Shown in pieces: positions 46,093 to 54,784 of a DNA stretch of 64,000 bases. A program made the position numbers and the translations under genes. The notes below the pieces were generated by a model, which searched no databases, had not been told where the DNA came from, and saw only the letters and a list, made by a program, of their open reading frames with translations. This DNA comes from an uncultured Acidobacteriota bacterium (GTDB taxonomy: Bacteria; Acidobacteriota; Blastocatellia; Pyrinomonadales; Pyrinomonadaceae): positions 175,711 to 239,710 of the forward strand of contig CAVQEU010000002.1 in the NCBI GenBank assembly GCA_963711585.1, read 5' to 3'. The stretch's first letter is position 1. The number at the start of each line of letters is the position of its first letter.

Positions 46093-46860
46093 TTATTCGC
46101 CGAGCCCGGCCCTCGTTTCGACCGTCTTCAGAGATGACAGTCGAGCTTTCGTGGACGCGGACAGGCGCAGCGACCGGCACAGTTCCAGATTGTGTGTCGC
46201 CTCCTGAAACTCACCGCCCGCCTGTCGTAGCGCGACCTCGAACTCTCGCTCGGCTTCACTCAATCGCCCGGCGCGCGCCAGCATCACCCCCAGATTGTTG
46301 CGGCTCGCCGGGAAATGGCCCTCGGCGCTCGTGACGGCTGCCCTGAAAAGAGCCGCGGCCTTGAGGTCGTCGCCTTCCGTCATCAAGAGCAGCCCCAACA
46401 TGTATTGTGCCAGCGCGTGTTTCCCGCCGGACGACTCTATGGCCCGCCCGTAAGCCTCTTTCGCTGCCGCGTGCCGCCCCGCGTCCGCGAGTGCTACGCC
46501 GAGCGCGTAGAGGGCTTTCGGGTAACGGCCCTTCATGGCCTCCGCGGCCTGCGCGTACATCCTGATGGCGTCCTCCGTGCGCCACAGCTCGTAATAGCAG
46601 ACGCCCACGTTGTAGAGAGACTGCGCGTAAATTTCGCCCGCCTCGGCGGGGACGCGCCTGTACTCCTCTATCGCCGCCGCGTACTCCGCGCGCGCGTATT
46701 TTTCGTTGCCGCGCCTGATCGCGTCACTCGCGGCCTGCCGGTTATTCTGGCCCAAGACACCGCCCGCCAACGTCAGAAGCAGGGCGGCCGACAATAAGAA
46801 TCTTTTCTGTCTCACGGTTTTCTCCTCGCTGTCGCCAACGTCGAATGGCGGCGACGGCAA
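46093..46860 (-). CDS. secreted TPR-repeat protein
   Basis: Signal-like FLLSAALLLTLAGGVLGQ followed by TPR units (AQSLYNVGVCYYE.., ALYALGVALAD..). Confidence 0.75.
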   Translation of the reverse strand: MPSPPFDVGDSEEKTVRQKRFLLSAALLLTLAGGVLGQNNRQAASDAIRRGNEKYARAEYAAAIEEYRRVPAEAGEIYAQSLYNVGVCYYELWRTEDAIRMYAQAAEAMKGRYPKALYALGVALADAGRHAAAKEAYGRAIESSGGKHALAQYMLGLLLMTEGDDLKAAALFRAAVTSAEGHFPASRNNLGVMLARAGRLSEAEREFEVALRQAGGEFQEATHNLELCRSLRLSASTKARLSSLKTVETRAGLGE

Positions 46861-46966
46861 GGAGATTAATGGCTGGCGGCCCGTCAGGTCTTTCCCGTTT
46901 TTGCTAGCGCTTGACTAATCTTGCTACTCTTCGAATCGCGGCCCAAAAAGTTCATTTAACCCTAAG

Positions 46967-47066
46967 CTCAACTCCTTTGCGCCTTACGTCTTAACTTTGC
47001 GTCTTTGCGAGAACGGCTGTTTCACGCTGGAGGCGCTAAGAGAAGACGTAAGGCGCAAAGGGTTGA
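46967..47066. repeat. Family A octamer-arm hairpin, long nested variant (copy A7)
   Basis: Outer arms are caactcctttgcgccttacgtctt / aagacgtaaggcgcaaagggttg. Tail motif cttgagttttgaaacc is at ~47079-47094. Confidence 0.85.
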
Positions 47067-47098
47067 GTGAAGCAGTCTCTTGAGTTTTGAAACCGACT

Positions 47099-47956
47099 CT
47101 AAGATTGGAACCTGTGGCGGAAGGCGAGCGGCGTCGTGCCCGTTAGCCTGCGGAAGAGGCGCGTGAAATGGCTCTGGTGGCTGAAGCCCGCGCGCGAGCT
47201 GACTTCGACGAGCGGCATCTCGCTTTCGGTCAGGAGCGCCTTGGCCCGCTCGATTCTGAACTTGATTAGATACTGATGAGGCGTCGTGCCCGTGGTCCGC
47301 TTGAACTCGCGCGCGAAATGAAAGGTGCTCATGCCGCCGACCTGTGCCAATTCCGCCAGGCTCAGGTCGCTCTCGTAGTTGTCTTCGATAAAAGTCACCA
47401 CGCGCCGCAGCCTGCGCCCCGAAAGGCCGCCCTTGAATTTTTGTTCCGCGCCCGCGGCCGTGTAGTGTCTGAGCAGGTGTACGGCCAGCAGGTTGGCGAG
47501 CGATTCGGCGTAGAGCCGGCCGCCCGGCCCTTCCATTTCAAGCTCCGCGAGGAGCGCGAGCCCGACGCTTCTCAACACCGGGTCGGCAGGCGAAAACCCT
47601 TCGACGACCTCGACCGCGCCTCCTGGCACGTCCGCCTCATTGGACGCGCGCAAGACGAGTTGCGGGTCAAGATAGATGGCAAGCTGTTCCGAGTCGCCTT
47701 TGAGCCGCGCGGAGAATGACTGGCCCGAAGGAATCACGCACACGCTCTCAGCCGTCTCGTCGCGCGCGTAGAACCCGCTCTCCGTTCGTATCTCGCCGCG
47801 GCAGCCGCCCGCGGGCGAGAAGGTGATGAGGTGGTCGCGGTGGCTGTGTTCCGGCAACTCGCCCGCGCGGAAGTGCAAGTGTTCGAGCCTGAGGCCGTCC
47901 CAAGAGGCTGCTCTTTTCGAGACGACCGGCGACGCTTGATCCGTTTCGTTCATCAC
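47099..47956 (-). CDS. AraC-family transcriptional regulator (cupin-like N-terminus)
   Basis: C-terminal double HTH: LSLAELAQVGGMSTFHFAREFKR..GFSHQSHFTRLFRR. Confidence 0.9.
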   Translation of the reverse strand: MMNETDQASPVVSKRAASWDGLRLEHLHFRAGELPEHSHRDHLITFSPAGGCRGEIRTESGFYARDETAESVCVIPSGQSFSARLKGDSEQLAIYLDPQLVLRASNEADVPGGAVEVVEGFSPADPVLRSVGLALLAELEMEGPGGRLYAESLANLLAVHLLRHYTAAGAEQKFKGGLSGRRLRRVVTFIEDNYESDLSLAELAQVGGMSTFHFAREFKRTTGTTPHQYLIKFRIERAKALLTESEMPLVEVSSRAGFSHQSHFTRLFRRLTGTTPLAFRHRFQS

Positions 47957-47977
47957 AGGCGGTTACCTCCGGGCGCG

Positions 47978-48670
47978 CTAGGTGTGCGTGCTGCTACTAC
48001 GTTTCTTTTGTGCCGGCGGCAGGAGCCGCAAGCCTGCCGGTTTGGAATAAAGGCGCAGGCGTTCGAGGATGGCCCCGCGCGCGCGCGCGAACGCCTGCCT
48101 GTCGCCGTGTAGCTGGAAGGACCAGTTCGCGCCCAACTCCAGCGCGTTGAACTCGAAGGCGAGTTGAGACGCGTCAACGTCTTTGTCCAGGTGGCCCGCA
48201 CTTTGCGCCTCAACGACCGCGCGCCCGAGCGCCTTGAGCCATTCTTTCATGATGGCGGCGATGCGGTCGCGCACAGGGCCGGGACGGCTGTCGAACTCGG
48301 CCGCCGCCGCCGCGAAAAAACAGCCCCCGCGGAAGACGCCGCCCTGAATATGATCGAGCCAGGTGTCGCACAACTTCCAGAGTCGCGGCAGCCCGTGCTC
48401 GGCCTCGAAGGCCGGGCGGATGACTTCGCGTATGAAGACGCCGCGCGCGGACTCCACGGTCGCGAGTTGCAACTCCTCCTTGGAGCCGAAGTGCGCGAAC
48501 AACCCGCTCTTGCTCATCGAAAGCTCGGAGGCGAGCCGCCCGATGGTCAGACCCTCAAGCCCCTCAGCCGAGGCCAGGTGGACCGCGGCTTCAAGGATGG
48601 CCTGGCGCGTCCGCTCGCCCTGCGCCTTGCGGCCGGTGGGGATTTTTCTTTCCTCGCTCGCGGTATTCAA
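47978..48670 (-). CDS. TetR-family transcriptional regulator
   Basis: TRQAILEAAVHLASAEGLEGLTIGRLASELSMSKSGLFAHFGSKEEL. Confidence 0.9.
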   Translation of the reverse strand: MNTASEERKIPTGRKAQGERTRQAILEAAVHLASAEGLEGLTIGRLASELSMSKSGLFAHFGSKEELQLATVESARGVFIREVIRPAFEAEHGLPRLWKLCDTWLDHIQGGVFRGGCFFAAAAAEFDSRPGPVRDRIAAIMKEWLKALGRAVVEAQSAGHLDKDVDASQLAFEFNALELGANWSFQLHGDRQAFARARGAILERLRLYSKPAGLRLLPPAQKKRSSSTHT

Positions 48671-48775
48671 AATGAAAGCTCCGAAGTCTGAAGTCGTCGG
48701 TTATATAGCACGAACGTTCGTTTTAAATCAAGGCCGACTAAGGCCGACGCTTTCATCCGTTGTTTTGGGGGTGTG

Positions 48776-49495
48776 CTATTTGAAGGTGCGACCGATGTAG
48801 ATGCCGAGCCAGTTGTTGCCGCGACCCTGGTTGCCGAAGCTGTAGCCGGCGTAGAGGTAGCTCTCTTTGGGGAGCGTGATTATTACGCCCGAGGCCGCGT
48901 AGCCGAAGGAGTTGTTCCCGCTGATCCAGTCCGCGAAGAAGTCCAGCTTGTCAGGCACGACGGGCTGTTCGTAGCCGAGGAGGACGCCCGCCCGCGTCTC
49001 GCCCTCATCCATGCGGCCGACGAAGCTGTAGCCGCCGGTTGTGAAGCGCGGGCCGTATTTCTCGTGCTTGATCTTCTTGCTGAACGTGAGGTAGACGAGC
49101 GCGTTGGTGTTCGCCGCGTCGCGGTTCTTGAGGGGGATGAAGAGGACGGCCCCGGCGGCGGCGGCGAGGCCGCTCCGCTCCTCGTCGTCGTAAAATGTCC
49201 ATTTGAAGTTGGGCTGAAGCTCGGCGGCGTCAGGCTCGGACGACTTGGTGTAGTAAAAGTTGAGCCCGACTTCCATCTTCTTGCCGACGCCGTAGATGAG
49301 CGATGGGCCGAACATCTGGAAGCCCCCGCTCTCGTAAGACGTGGGGTGCGTGATGTAATCCGCCTCCACCAGCAGCTCACCCGCAGGCAGCACGTCCGTC
49401 GTCGGGACGTTGAAGATGGCCGACTGCGCGCGTGCGCTCGATGCGAGCGAGGCGATCAGGAGTAAGCCAAACAGCATGAGACAACGTCTACGCAC
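48776..49495 (-). CDS. putative outer-membrane beta-barrel protein
   Basis: GTG 49495 lies 9 nt after AGGAGG. Signal peptide ..ASLASSARAQ. Alternating beta-strand pattern ends in ..IYIGRTFK. The function is a guess. Confidence 0.55.
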   Translation of the reverse strand: MRRRCLMLFGLLLIASLASSARAQSAIFNVPTTDVLPAGELLVEADYITHPTSYESGGFQMFGPSLIYGVGKKMEVGLNFYYTKSSEPDAAELQPNFKWTFYDDEERSGLAAAAGAVLFIPLKNRDAANTNALVYLTFSKKIKHEKYGPRFTTGGYSFVGRMDEGETRAGVLLGYEQPVVPDKLDFFADWISGNNSFGYAASGVIITLPKESYLYAGYSFGNQGRGNNWLGIYIGRTFK

Positions 49496-49514
49496 GGCCT
49501 TCGTCCTCCTCACT

Positions 49515-49584
49515 CAAACCCTTTTGCGCCTTTGCGTCTCCAGCGTGAAAAATTAATATCACGCAAAGACGCAAAGGCGCAAAG
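49515..49584. repeat. Family A octamer-arm hairpin (copy A8)
   Basis: cttttgcgcctttgcgtctccagcgtga..tcacgcaaagacgcaaaggcgcaaag. Confidence 0.85.
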
Positions 49585-49611
49585 ATTCTCGTGCTTCGTT
49601 ACGCGGCCGGC

Positions 49612-50544
49612 TTACGGCTTCCGCGGCTGTAGGCGGTAGATGAAAGGCACATTAGCGGGGTGGCCCAGAACGACCGCGCCGCCGCGCACCTGATTCTGCG
49701 CCTGGCAGTCCTCCGTGCAGAAGGTCGCGGGTGGTGCCACTTCAGTCGCGTCCTCGCCCATCACCTGACCCATGCGCCCGCCGTCGAGCACGTCCCACTC
49801 GGTCACCCCGCCGCAGTGCCGCACGACGGCGACCGTGCCGTCACGCTTCGGGATGTTATTCGTGCAGGTCGCGTGCTGTACGCGGTTCGCCGCCTGCGGG
49901 CTGTCGCGCCCGACCAGCTTGTCGAACGCGTCGCTGGTGAAGTTGATTCTCGGAGTGATCGTGAGGTTCTGCGTCTGCCCCGCCGAATTGCTGAACCTCA
50001 CGACATCGCCCTCGCGCGCGCGGAAGTTGGGGTTGTCGAAGTAGAAGACCGACGGCGAGAGGACGTGGCGGACTCTCGTGCTGGGCTTGTCGTCGCGCTC
50101 GATCTCCATCTGGAAGACTCCGCCCTGCGAGCAGTCTTTAGCCTGAATCTTGACGCTAACGACCCCGTTGGTGCGTATAAGCACGAGGTCGCCCTTGTCG
50201 TTACGCAGCCGGTCCGTCGTCGTGAGCACCTGGCCGTGCAGCGGAGTCTTCTCTGTGAAAATCACGGTCGGCTGCGTGACCAGGCGGCCGACGTTCAAGG
50301 CTCCTGTCAGTGTCCAGTTGCGAACGCCGCCCGTCGTCAGGTTCACGTCGAAGCTGACGTGACGGCCCCTGACCTGAAGAGTGTTGCCAACGGTCGTCAG
50401 GGTCCAGCCGCCGCCTTCACAGAAGCGCGAGCTGGCGGCCGCGGCTTCCTTCGCCGTAAACGTCGTCGCCAGAAACGCCAGCGCCAGCATCATGAGCACG
50501 CGGGCGACCTTTGAATATGAAAGATTAAGTTTATGAAGTGCCAT
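49612..50544 (-). CDS. secreted Cys-containing protein, unknown function
   Basis: Signal peptide ..LAFLATTFTAKEAAA. 310 aa. I recognise no family. Confidence 0.6.
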   Translation of the reverse strand: MALHKLNLSYSKVARVLMMLALAFLATTFTAKEAAAASSRFCEGGGWTLTTVGNTLQVRGRHVSFDVNLTTGGVRNWTLTGALNVGRLVTQPTVIFTEKTPLHGQVLTTTDRLRNDKGDLVLIRTNGVVSVKIQAKDCSQGGVFQMEIERDDKPSTRVRHVLSPSVFYFDNPNFRAREGDVVRFSNSAGQTQNLTITPRINFTSDAFDKLVGRDSPQAANRVQHATCTNNIPKRDGTVAVVRHCGGVTEWDVLDGGRMGQVMGEDATEVAPPATFCTEDCQAQNQVRGGAVVLGHPANVPFIYRLQPRKP

Positions 50545-50857
50545 TTTTACAATTTCTCCCTTTCCTCGTGTCGTGGGCTCGCAAGCCCCTGGTTACACCG
50601 TCACTTTCTCCTGCGCTCAAACGCGCGACGAGACGTTCCGGCAGCGGCAGCTATATCTCGTTGCCGGACCCACAGTGCGGCGGGAGAGCCAGGAAATACA
50701 TTCAAGGCGAGTGGAAAAATTGCTTGCGCCGCCAGCGGCAATAAACTTCTTTTGATTGCGGAAGCTACGAAAGAAGTGCTAAATCACAGGTGCGTATAGC
50801 CGGAAAAGTAGTGCTTGATTCGAGGCGGCGAATGCTGAGAAGGGGGAGGGGCGCAAG

Positions 50858-53764
50858 ATGAAACGTCGCGCGCAGTTCGCTCTGAGTTGGGTCGCGTTGA
50901 TTGCCGTCGTCACCTGCTCCAACGGGCGGGCGATTGTTGTGCGGCCGGCGCAGGATTCGCAGCGCTCGTCGCAGGCGTGGACGCTCGACGAGGCGCTGGC
51001 ACAGTTGACGCTCTTCCCGCGCGACGCTTACCTGCAATACGTCGCGCTGCAATTGGCCCGCCGCGCGGGTCGCTTCGTGGAAGTCTACCAGCGGATTCAG
51101 AGGAACCTTCCCGACGCGGACCAGGCCGCGATCCGCGCCAGCCGTCGCGACAGCGTTGACCTGTTCAGCATCTTCACAGGCGCGCTCGCCGTGCAGGAGA
51201 GCCTGCAACTGGACACCATGAGGACCGTGACGCAAGGGCAGCAATCCGCGCAAACTGCCCCTCAAGACTTTTCCAGGTTTGGAGACCCCGCGCAGCAATC
51301 GTCCGCGGCGAGGCGGCGCGGCTCTCGCTCGCGTGCGCGCCAGCGCGCGGCCGCGCCTCCCGTGGTAATGGCCCCGACTGTGCCTCAAACGCCTGGCTCG
51401 AAGACGCGACGCGCTGACGAGATTGTGCCAGTCGCCAGTCTGAAAGGGCCGACCGTCAAGAGCCACCCGTGGGAGCAGATGCTGGGTGACAGGAAGCCTG
51501 TGATTTCGCCGCTGGCTTACGACGTGCCGGAGGATTTTTATTTGGTGGAGTTTCGCTCCCTGTCCAGGCTGCTGGACGTGATGGACGCGGGCGACCTGTG
51601 GGGCACACACCTCTTCAACCAGGCATTCAACGAGGCGCGCACGCACAACGCCGGCGAACGGGTCAAGCGGCAACTCATCATGCAGGACGAGCCGGCCCTG
51701 CGCCCTTTCTACGACCTCGTCATTCAGGACGTGGCCGTGACGGGGAGCGACCCTTTCGTCCGCGAGGGCAGCGACGTGACAATCATCTTCCGCCTCAAAC
51801 AGCCCGCCATCTTCAAGGCGCGGATGGACGCCTTTCTCGACGAAGCGCAGAAGACGCGCCCGGACGCCAAACGCACCACCGGGAATTACCTCGGCGTTGA
51901 TTACGTCCAACTCCAAACCCCTTTGCGCGACATCAGCGTCATCATTGCGGACCCCGCGCCGGACCTGCACGTGCGCAGCAATTCGCTCGTCGCTTTCCAG
52001 AGAATCATTGAAGCCGTCAAGGGGAAAACGAGTGCGGGGCAGAGCGTGCGACGCTTGGGCGACACGGCGGAGTTCGCTTACATACGCACCCTCATGCCGC
52101 AGCCGGACGAGAACGAGGACGGACTCATCTACATGTCCGACCCGTTCATACGCCGCCTCGTCGGCCCGCAGTTGAAGCTCACGGAGCGCAGGCGCATGCT
52201 CTGCTACAACCACCTGCGCATGATCGGCCACGCGGCGCTGCTCTACCGCACGGAGTTCGGAAAATGGCCCAACTCGCTCGAAGAGTTGGCGCGCACCAAT
52301 ACTTCCCCCGGCCTCTTCGGCAAGGGGGAGTTGTCCTGCCCGTCGGGCGGGCAATATACGCTCGCGGAGGACGGCACGACCGGCGTCTGCTCGCACCACG
52401 GGCACGCGCTCTACCTGACGCCGAACCTCGAAATCCCCGTCACGGAAGTGAGCGGCGCGGAGGCAGACGAGTACGACGCTTTTCTCGAAGAGTACAACCG
52501 ATACTGGCGCGTCTACTTCGACCCCATCGCGCTTCGCCTGCGCGCGACGCCGCGGCAGTACAGGGTCGAGACGCTCATCCTCCCTTTGATAGACAACTCC
52601 ATCTATACGGGGCTCGCGGCGGCGCTCAATGGTCAGCCCGAACCCCTCGACGCCCTGCCCGTGCCCAAACGCAACATCTTCAGTCTGGCGTTAAGACTCA
52701 ACAAAGAGTCTTACGTGAAGACGATGAAAAGCGACGCACAGGATTCTAACGACAAGTTGCTGCGCGAGTTGGGTGTGGGCGACAAGAGTTTGACCGACCT
52801 GAAGGTCAGGGAGTTTCTGTCGAAGGGGTTGGGCAACCAGGCGGGCCTGCACGTTTACGACAGTTACCCGACCTTCGATCTCAGCGTCTCTCAACTGCTC
52901 GGCATGATCGTCTCCGTCGGGGGCATGGGCCGCGCGAACCCGCTCGAAAATGAGTTCCTGTTGATCGGCATGGCGCTCGTTTCGCTCAACAGCCCCGTCT
53001 ACCTGTCGGTCCCCGTCGAGGACGAGCGCGTGGTGGATGACTTTCTGGACCGGTTGGACGTGGCGGCAGCCGCCGGGACGCGCACGCAGGGGCGGCGCGC
53101 CGATTGGTTCAGCTTTAAGTGGGACTACTACAAATTCACTTTGAAGAACGGGCAACCAGCGCGTGCCATCGGCCTCCAGTTCGGGCCAGCCAAGCTGCGT
53201 TTCTTCGCGGCGCGCATAGGGCGCGGGCTCTACGTCGCGAGCAAGCCTTTCATCCTCGAAGACCTCGCGGCAGAGCAGGCGCAAATCCCCGCGGTTGCCA
53301 CCGCCGACAAAGATACCGTGGGCCACGCGATGGCGCGCGTGCGCGCCGAGCATTGGAACGAAGTGCTACCCGACTTTAACTTGAGTTGGGCCGAGAACGA
53401 ACGCGACGCGTGTCTCAACAATCTTGGCCCACTCGCCGGCATCAGCCGCGCGCTGACTGCCCGTCCCCCCGGCCAACAGTCCGGCCCCGGCCCGACCGAA
53501 ATCAACACTGAGGCGCTCGCTCTGGCAGACCGCCTGCACGCGGTCCATTTCTTCTGCCCCGAGGGCGGCTCCTATCTCGCCTCGCCCGACGGCAAGTCCG
53601 TCTCCTGCACCGTCCACGGCACCGCCCTCGCCCCACGCCAACCCTCCTCGCCCTCCGCGACGAGCGCCTCGGGCCGGGCCATGCGCAGTCTCAACGACAT
53701 GACAGCAACGCTCACCTTCCTGCCCGAAGGCTTACGCGCCACCGTCGTCATCAACCGAAAATAG
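50858..53764 (+). CDS. large exported protein, unknown function, with duplicated CPxGGxY..C..HG.AL motif
   Basis: 968 aa with an N-terminal hydrophobic signal/anchor. Composition is ordinary across the whole length. The antisense 546-aa ORF is Arg-rich noise. Confidence 0.75.
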   Translation: MKRRAQFALSWVALIAVVTCSNGRAIVVRPAQDSQRSSQAWTLDEALAQLTLFPRDAYLQYVALQLARRAGRFVEVYQRIQRNLPDADQAAIRASRRDSVDLFSIFTGALAVQESLQLDTMRTVTQGQQSAQTAPQDFSRFGDPAQQSSAARRRGSRSRARQRAAAPPVVMAPTVPQTPGSKTRRADEIVPVASLKGPTVKSHPWEQMLGDRKPVISPLAYDVPEDFYLVEFRSLSRLLDVMDAGDLWGTHLFNQAFNEARTHNAGERVKRQLIMQDEPALRPFYDLVIQDVAVTGSDPFVREGSDVTIIFRLKQPAIFKARMDAFLDEAQKTRPDAKRTTGNYLGVDYVQLQTPLRDISVIIADPAPDLHVRSNSLVAFQRIIEAVKGKTSAGQSVRRLGDTAEFAYIRTLMPQPDENEDGLIYMSDPFIRRLVGPQLKLTERRRMLCYNHLRMIGHAALLYRTEFGKWPNSLEELARTNTSPGLFGKGELSCPSGGQYTLAEDGTTGVCSHHGHALYLTPNLEIPVTEVSGAEADEYDAFLEEYNRYWRVYFDPIALRLRATPRQYRVETLILPLIDNSIYTGLAAALNGQPEPLDALPVPKRNIFSLALRLNKESYVKTMKSDAQDSNDKLLRELGVGDKSLTDLKVREFLSKGLGNQAGLHVYDSYPTFDLSVSQLLGMIVSVGGMGRANPLENEFLLIGMALVSLNSPVYLSVPVEDERVVDDFLDRLDVAAAAGTRTQGRRADWFSFKWDYYKFTLKNGQPARAIGLQFGPAKLRFFAARIGRGLYVASKPFILEDLAAEQAQIPAVATADKDTVGHAMARVRAEHWNEVLPDFNLSWAENERDACLNNLGPLAGISRALTARPPGQQSGPGPTEINTEALALADRLHAVHFFCPEGGSYLASPDGKSVSCTVHGTALAPRQPSSPSATSASGRAMRSLNDMTATLTFLPEGLRATVVINRK

Positions 53765-53899
53765 TCTGTGCGACGGGACGGACACGCCCGCGGCGGACAT
53801 TCAAATATGATAGTTAGACAATAAATAATAGAAAATATTCACTCACTATCCTGACGTTACGCTTGAGTTCGATTCTTTCAAAACTTCAGGGGCTGATTT

Positions 53900-54688
53900 A
53901 TGACATCTAATTCGCGACAACTTGCCATCGTGACGGGCGCGTCGAGCGGCATCGGCTACGAACTCGCCAAGCTCTGCGCCGAAAACGGGTTCGATTTGCT
54001 CATCGCCGCGGACCGGCCCGAGATTAATCAAGCGGCCCAGGATTTCCGGCAACTCGGCGTCGAGGTCGAAGCCGTGGAAGTAGACCTCTCCACCGTCGAG
54101 GGCGTTGACCAGCTTTACAGTGCGGCGAAGGGGCGTCCCGTTGACGCGCTGCTCGCCAACGCAGGCCACGGTCTGGGCCATGGCTTTCTCGATCAGGACT
54201 TCGACGAAGCGCGCCACGTCATTGACACCAACATCACTGGCACAATCTATCTGATACAAAAAGTGGGGCGTGACATGCGCGAGCGCGGCCGGGGCCGGAT
54301 TCTCATCACAGGCTCAATCGCCGGCTTCATGCCCGGCTCGTTCCAGGCCGTCTACAACGGGACCAAGGCGTTCATAGACTCCTTCTCCTTCGCGCTCAGG
54401 AACGAATTGAAAGACACGGATATTACGGTCACCTGCCTGATGCCCGGCGCGACCGAGACAGACTTCTTCGAGCGCGCCGACATGCTCGACACCAAAGTCG
54501 GGCAGGACGAGAAGGACGACCCCGCCAAGGTCGCCCGTGACGGCTTCGACGCGATGATGAACGGCGAGGGCGACGTCGTCAGCGGCTGGAAGAACAAACT
54601 GCAAACCACCCTCGCCAACGTCACACCCGCCGGCGTCCTCGCCGAACAACACCGCAAGATGGCCGAACCCGGTTCCGGCGAGAAGTAG
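53900..54688 (+). CDS. short-chain dehydrogenase/reductase (SDR)
   Basis: TGASSGIG Rossmann motif, NAG, S..Y...K (YNGTK). Confidence 0.9.
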   Translation: MTSNSRQLAIVTGASSGIGYELAKLCAENGFDLLIAADRPEINQAAQDFRQLGVEVEAVEVDLSTVEGVDQLYSAAKGRPVDALLANAGHGLGHGFLDQDFDEARHVIDTNITGTIYLIQKVGRDMRERGRGRILITGSIAGFMPGSFQAVYNGTKAFIDSFSFALRNELKDTDITVTCLMPGATETDFFERADMLDTKVGQDEKDDPAKVARDGFDAMMNGEGDVVSGWKNKLQTTLANVTPAGVLAEQHRKMAEPGSGEK

Positions 54689-54714
54689 CTTGAATCAGCG
54701 ACAGTGCTAAACGA

Positions 54715-54746
54715 GAAGGCCGCCGGGATTGATTCCGGCGGCCTTC
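54715..54746. terminator. bidirectional hairpin between convergent SDR and STAND genes
   Basis: gaaggccgccgg - gattgatt - ccggcggccttc (12-bp perfect stem). Confidence 0.55.
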
Positions 54747-54784
54747 GCTTAGTCCGGCCTCGCACACGGGATAGCATTAGAGGC

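Noticed and set aside
50765-52405. 546-aa minus-strand ORF
   Set aside because: It is antisense to the 968-aa exported protein gene. It has an Arg-rich, low-information sequence and no RBS context.
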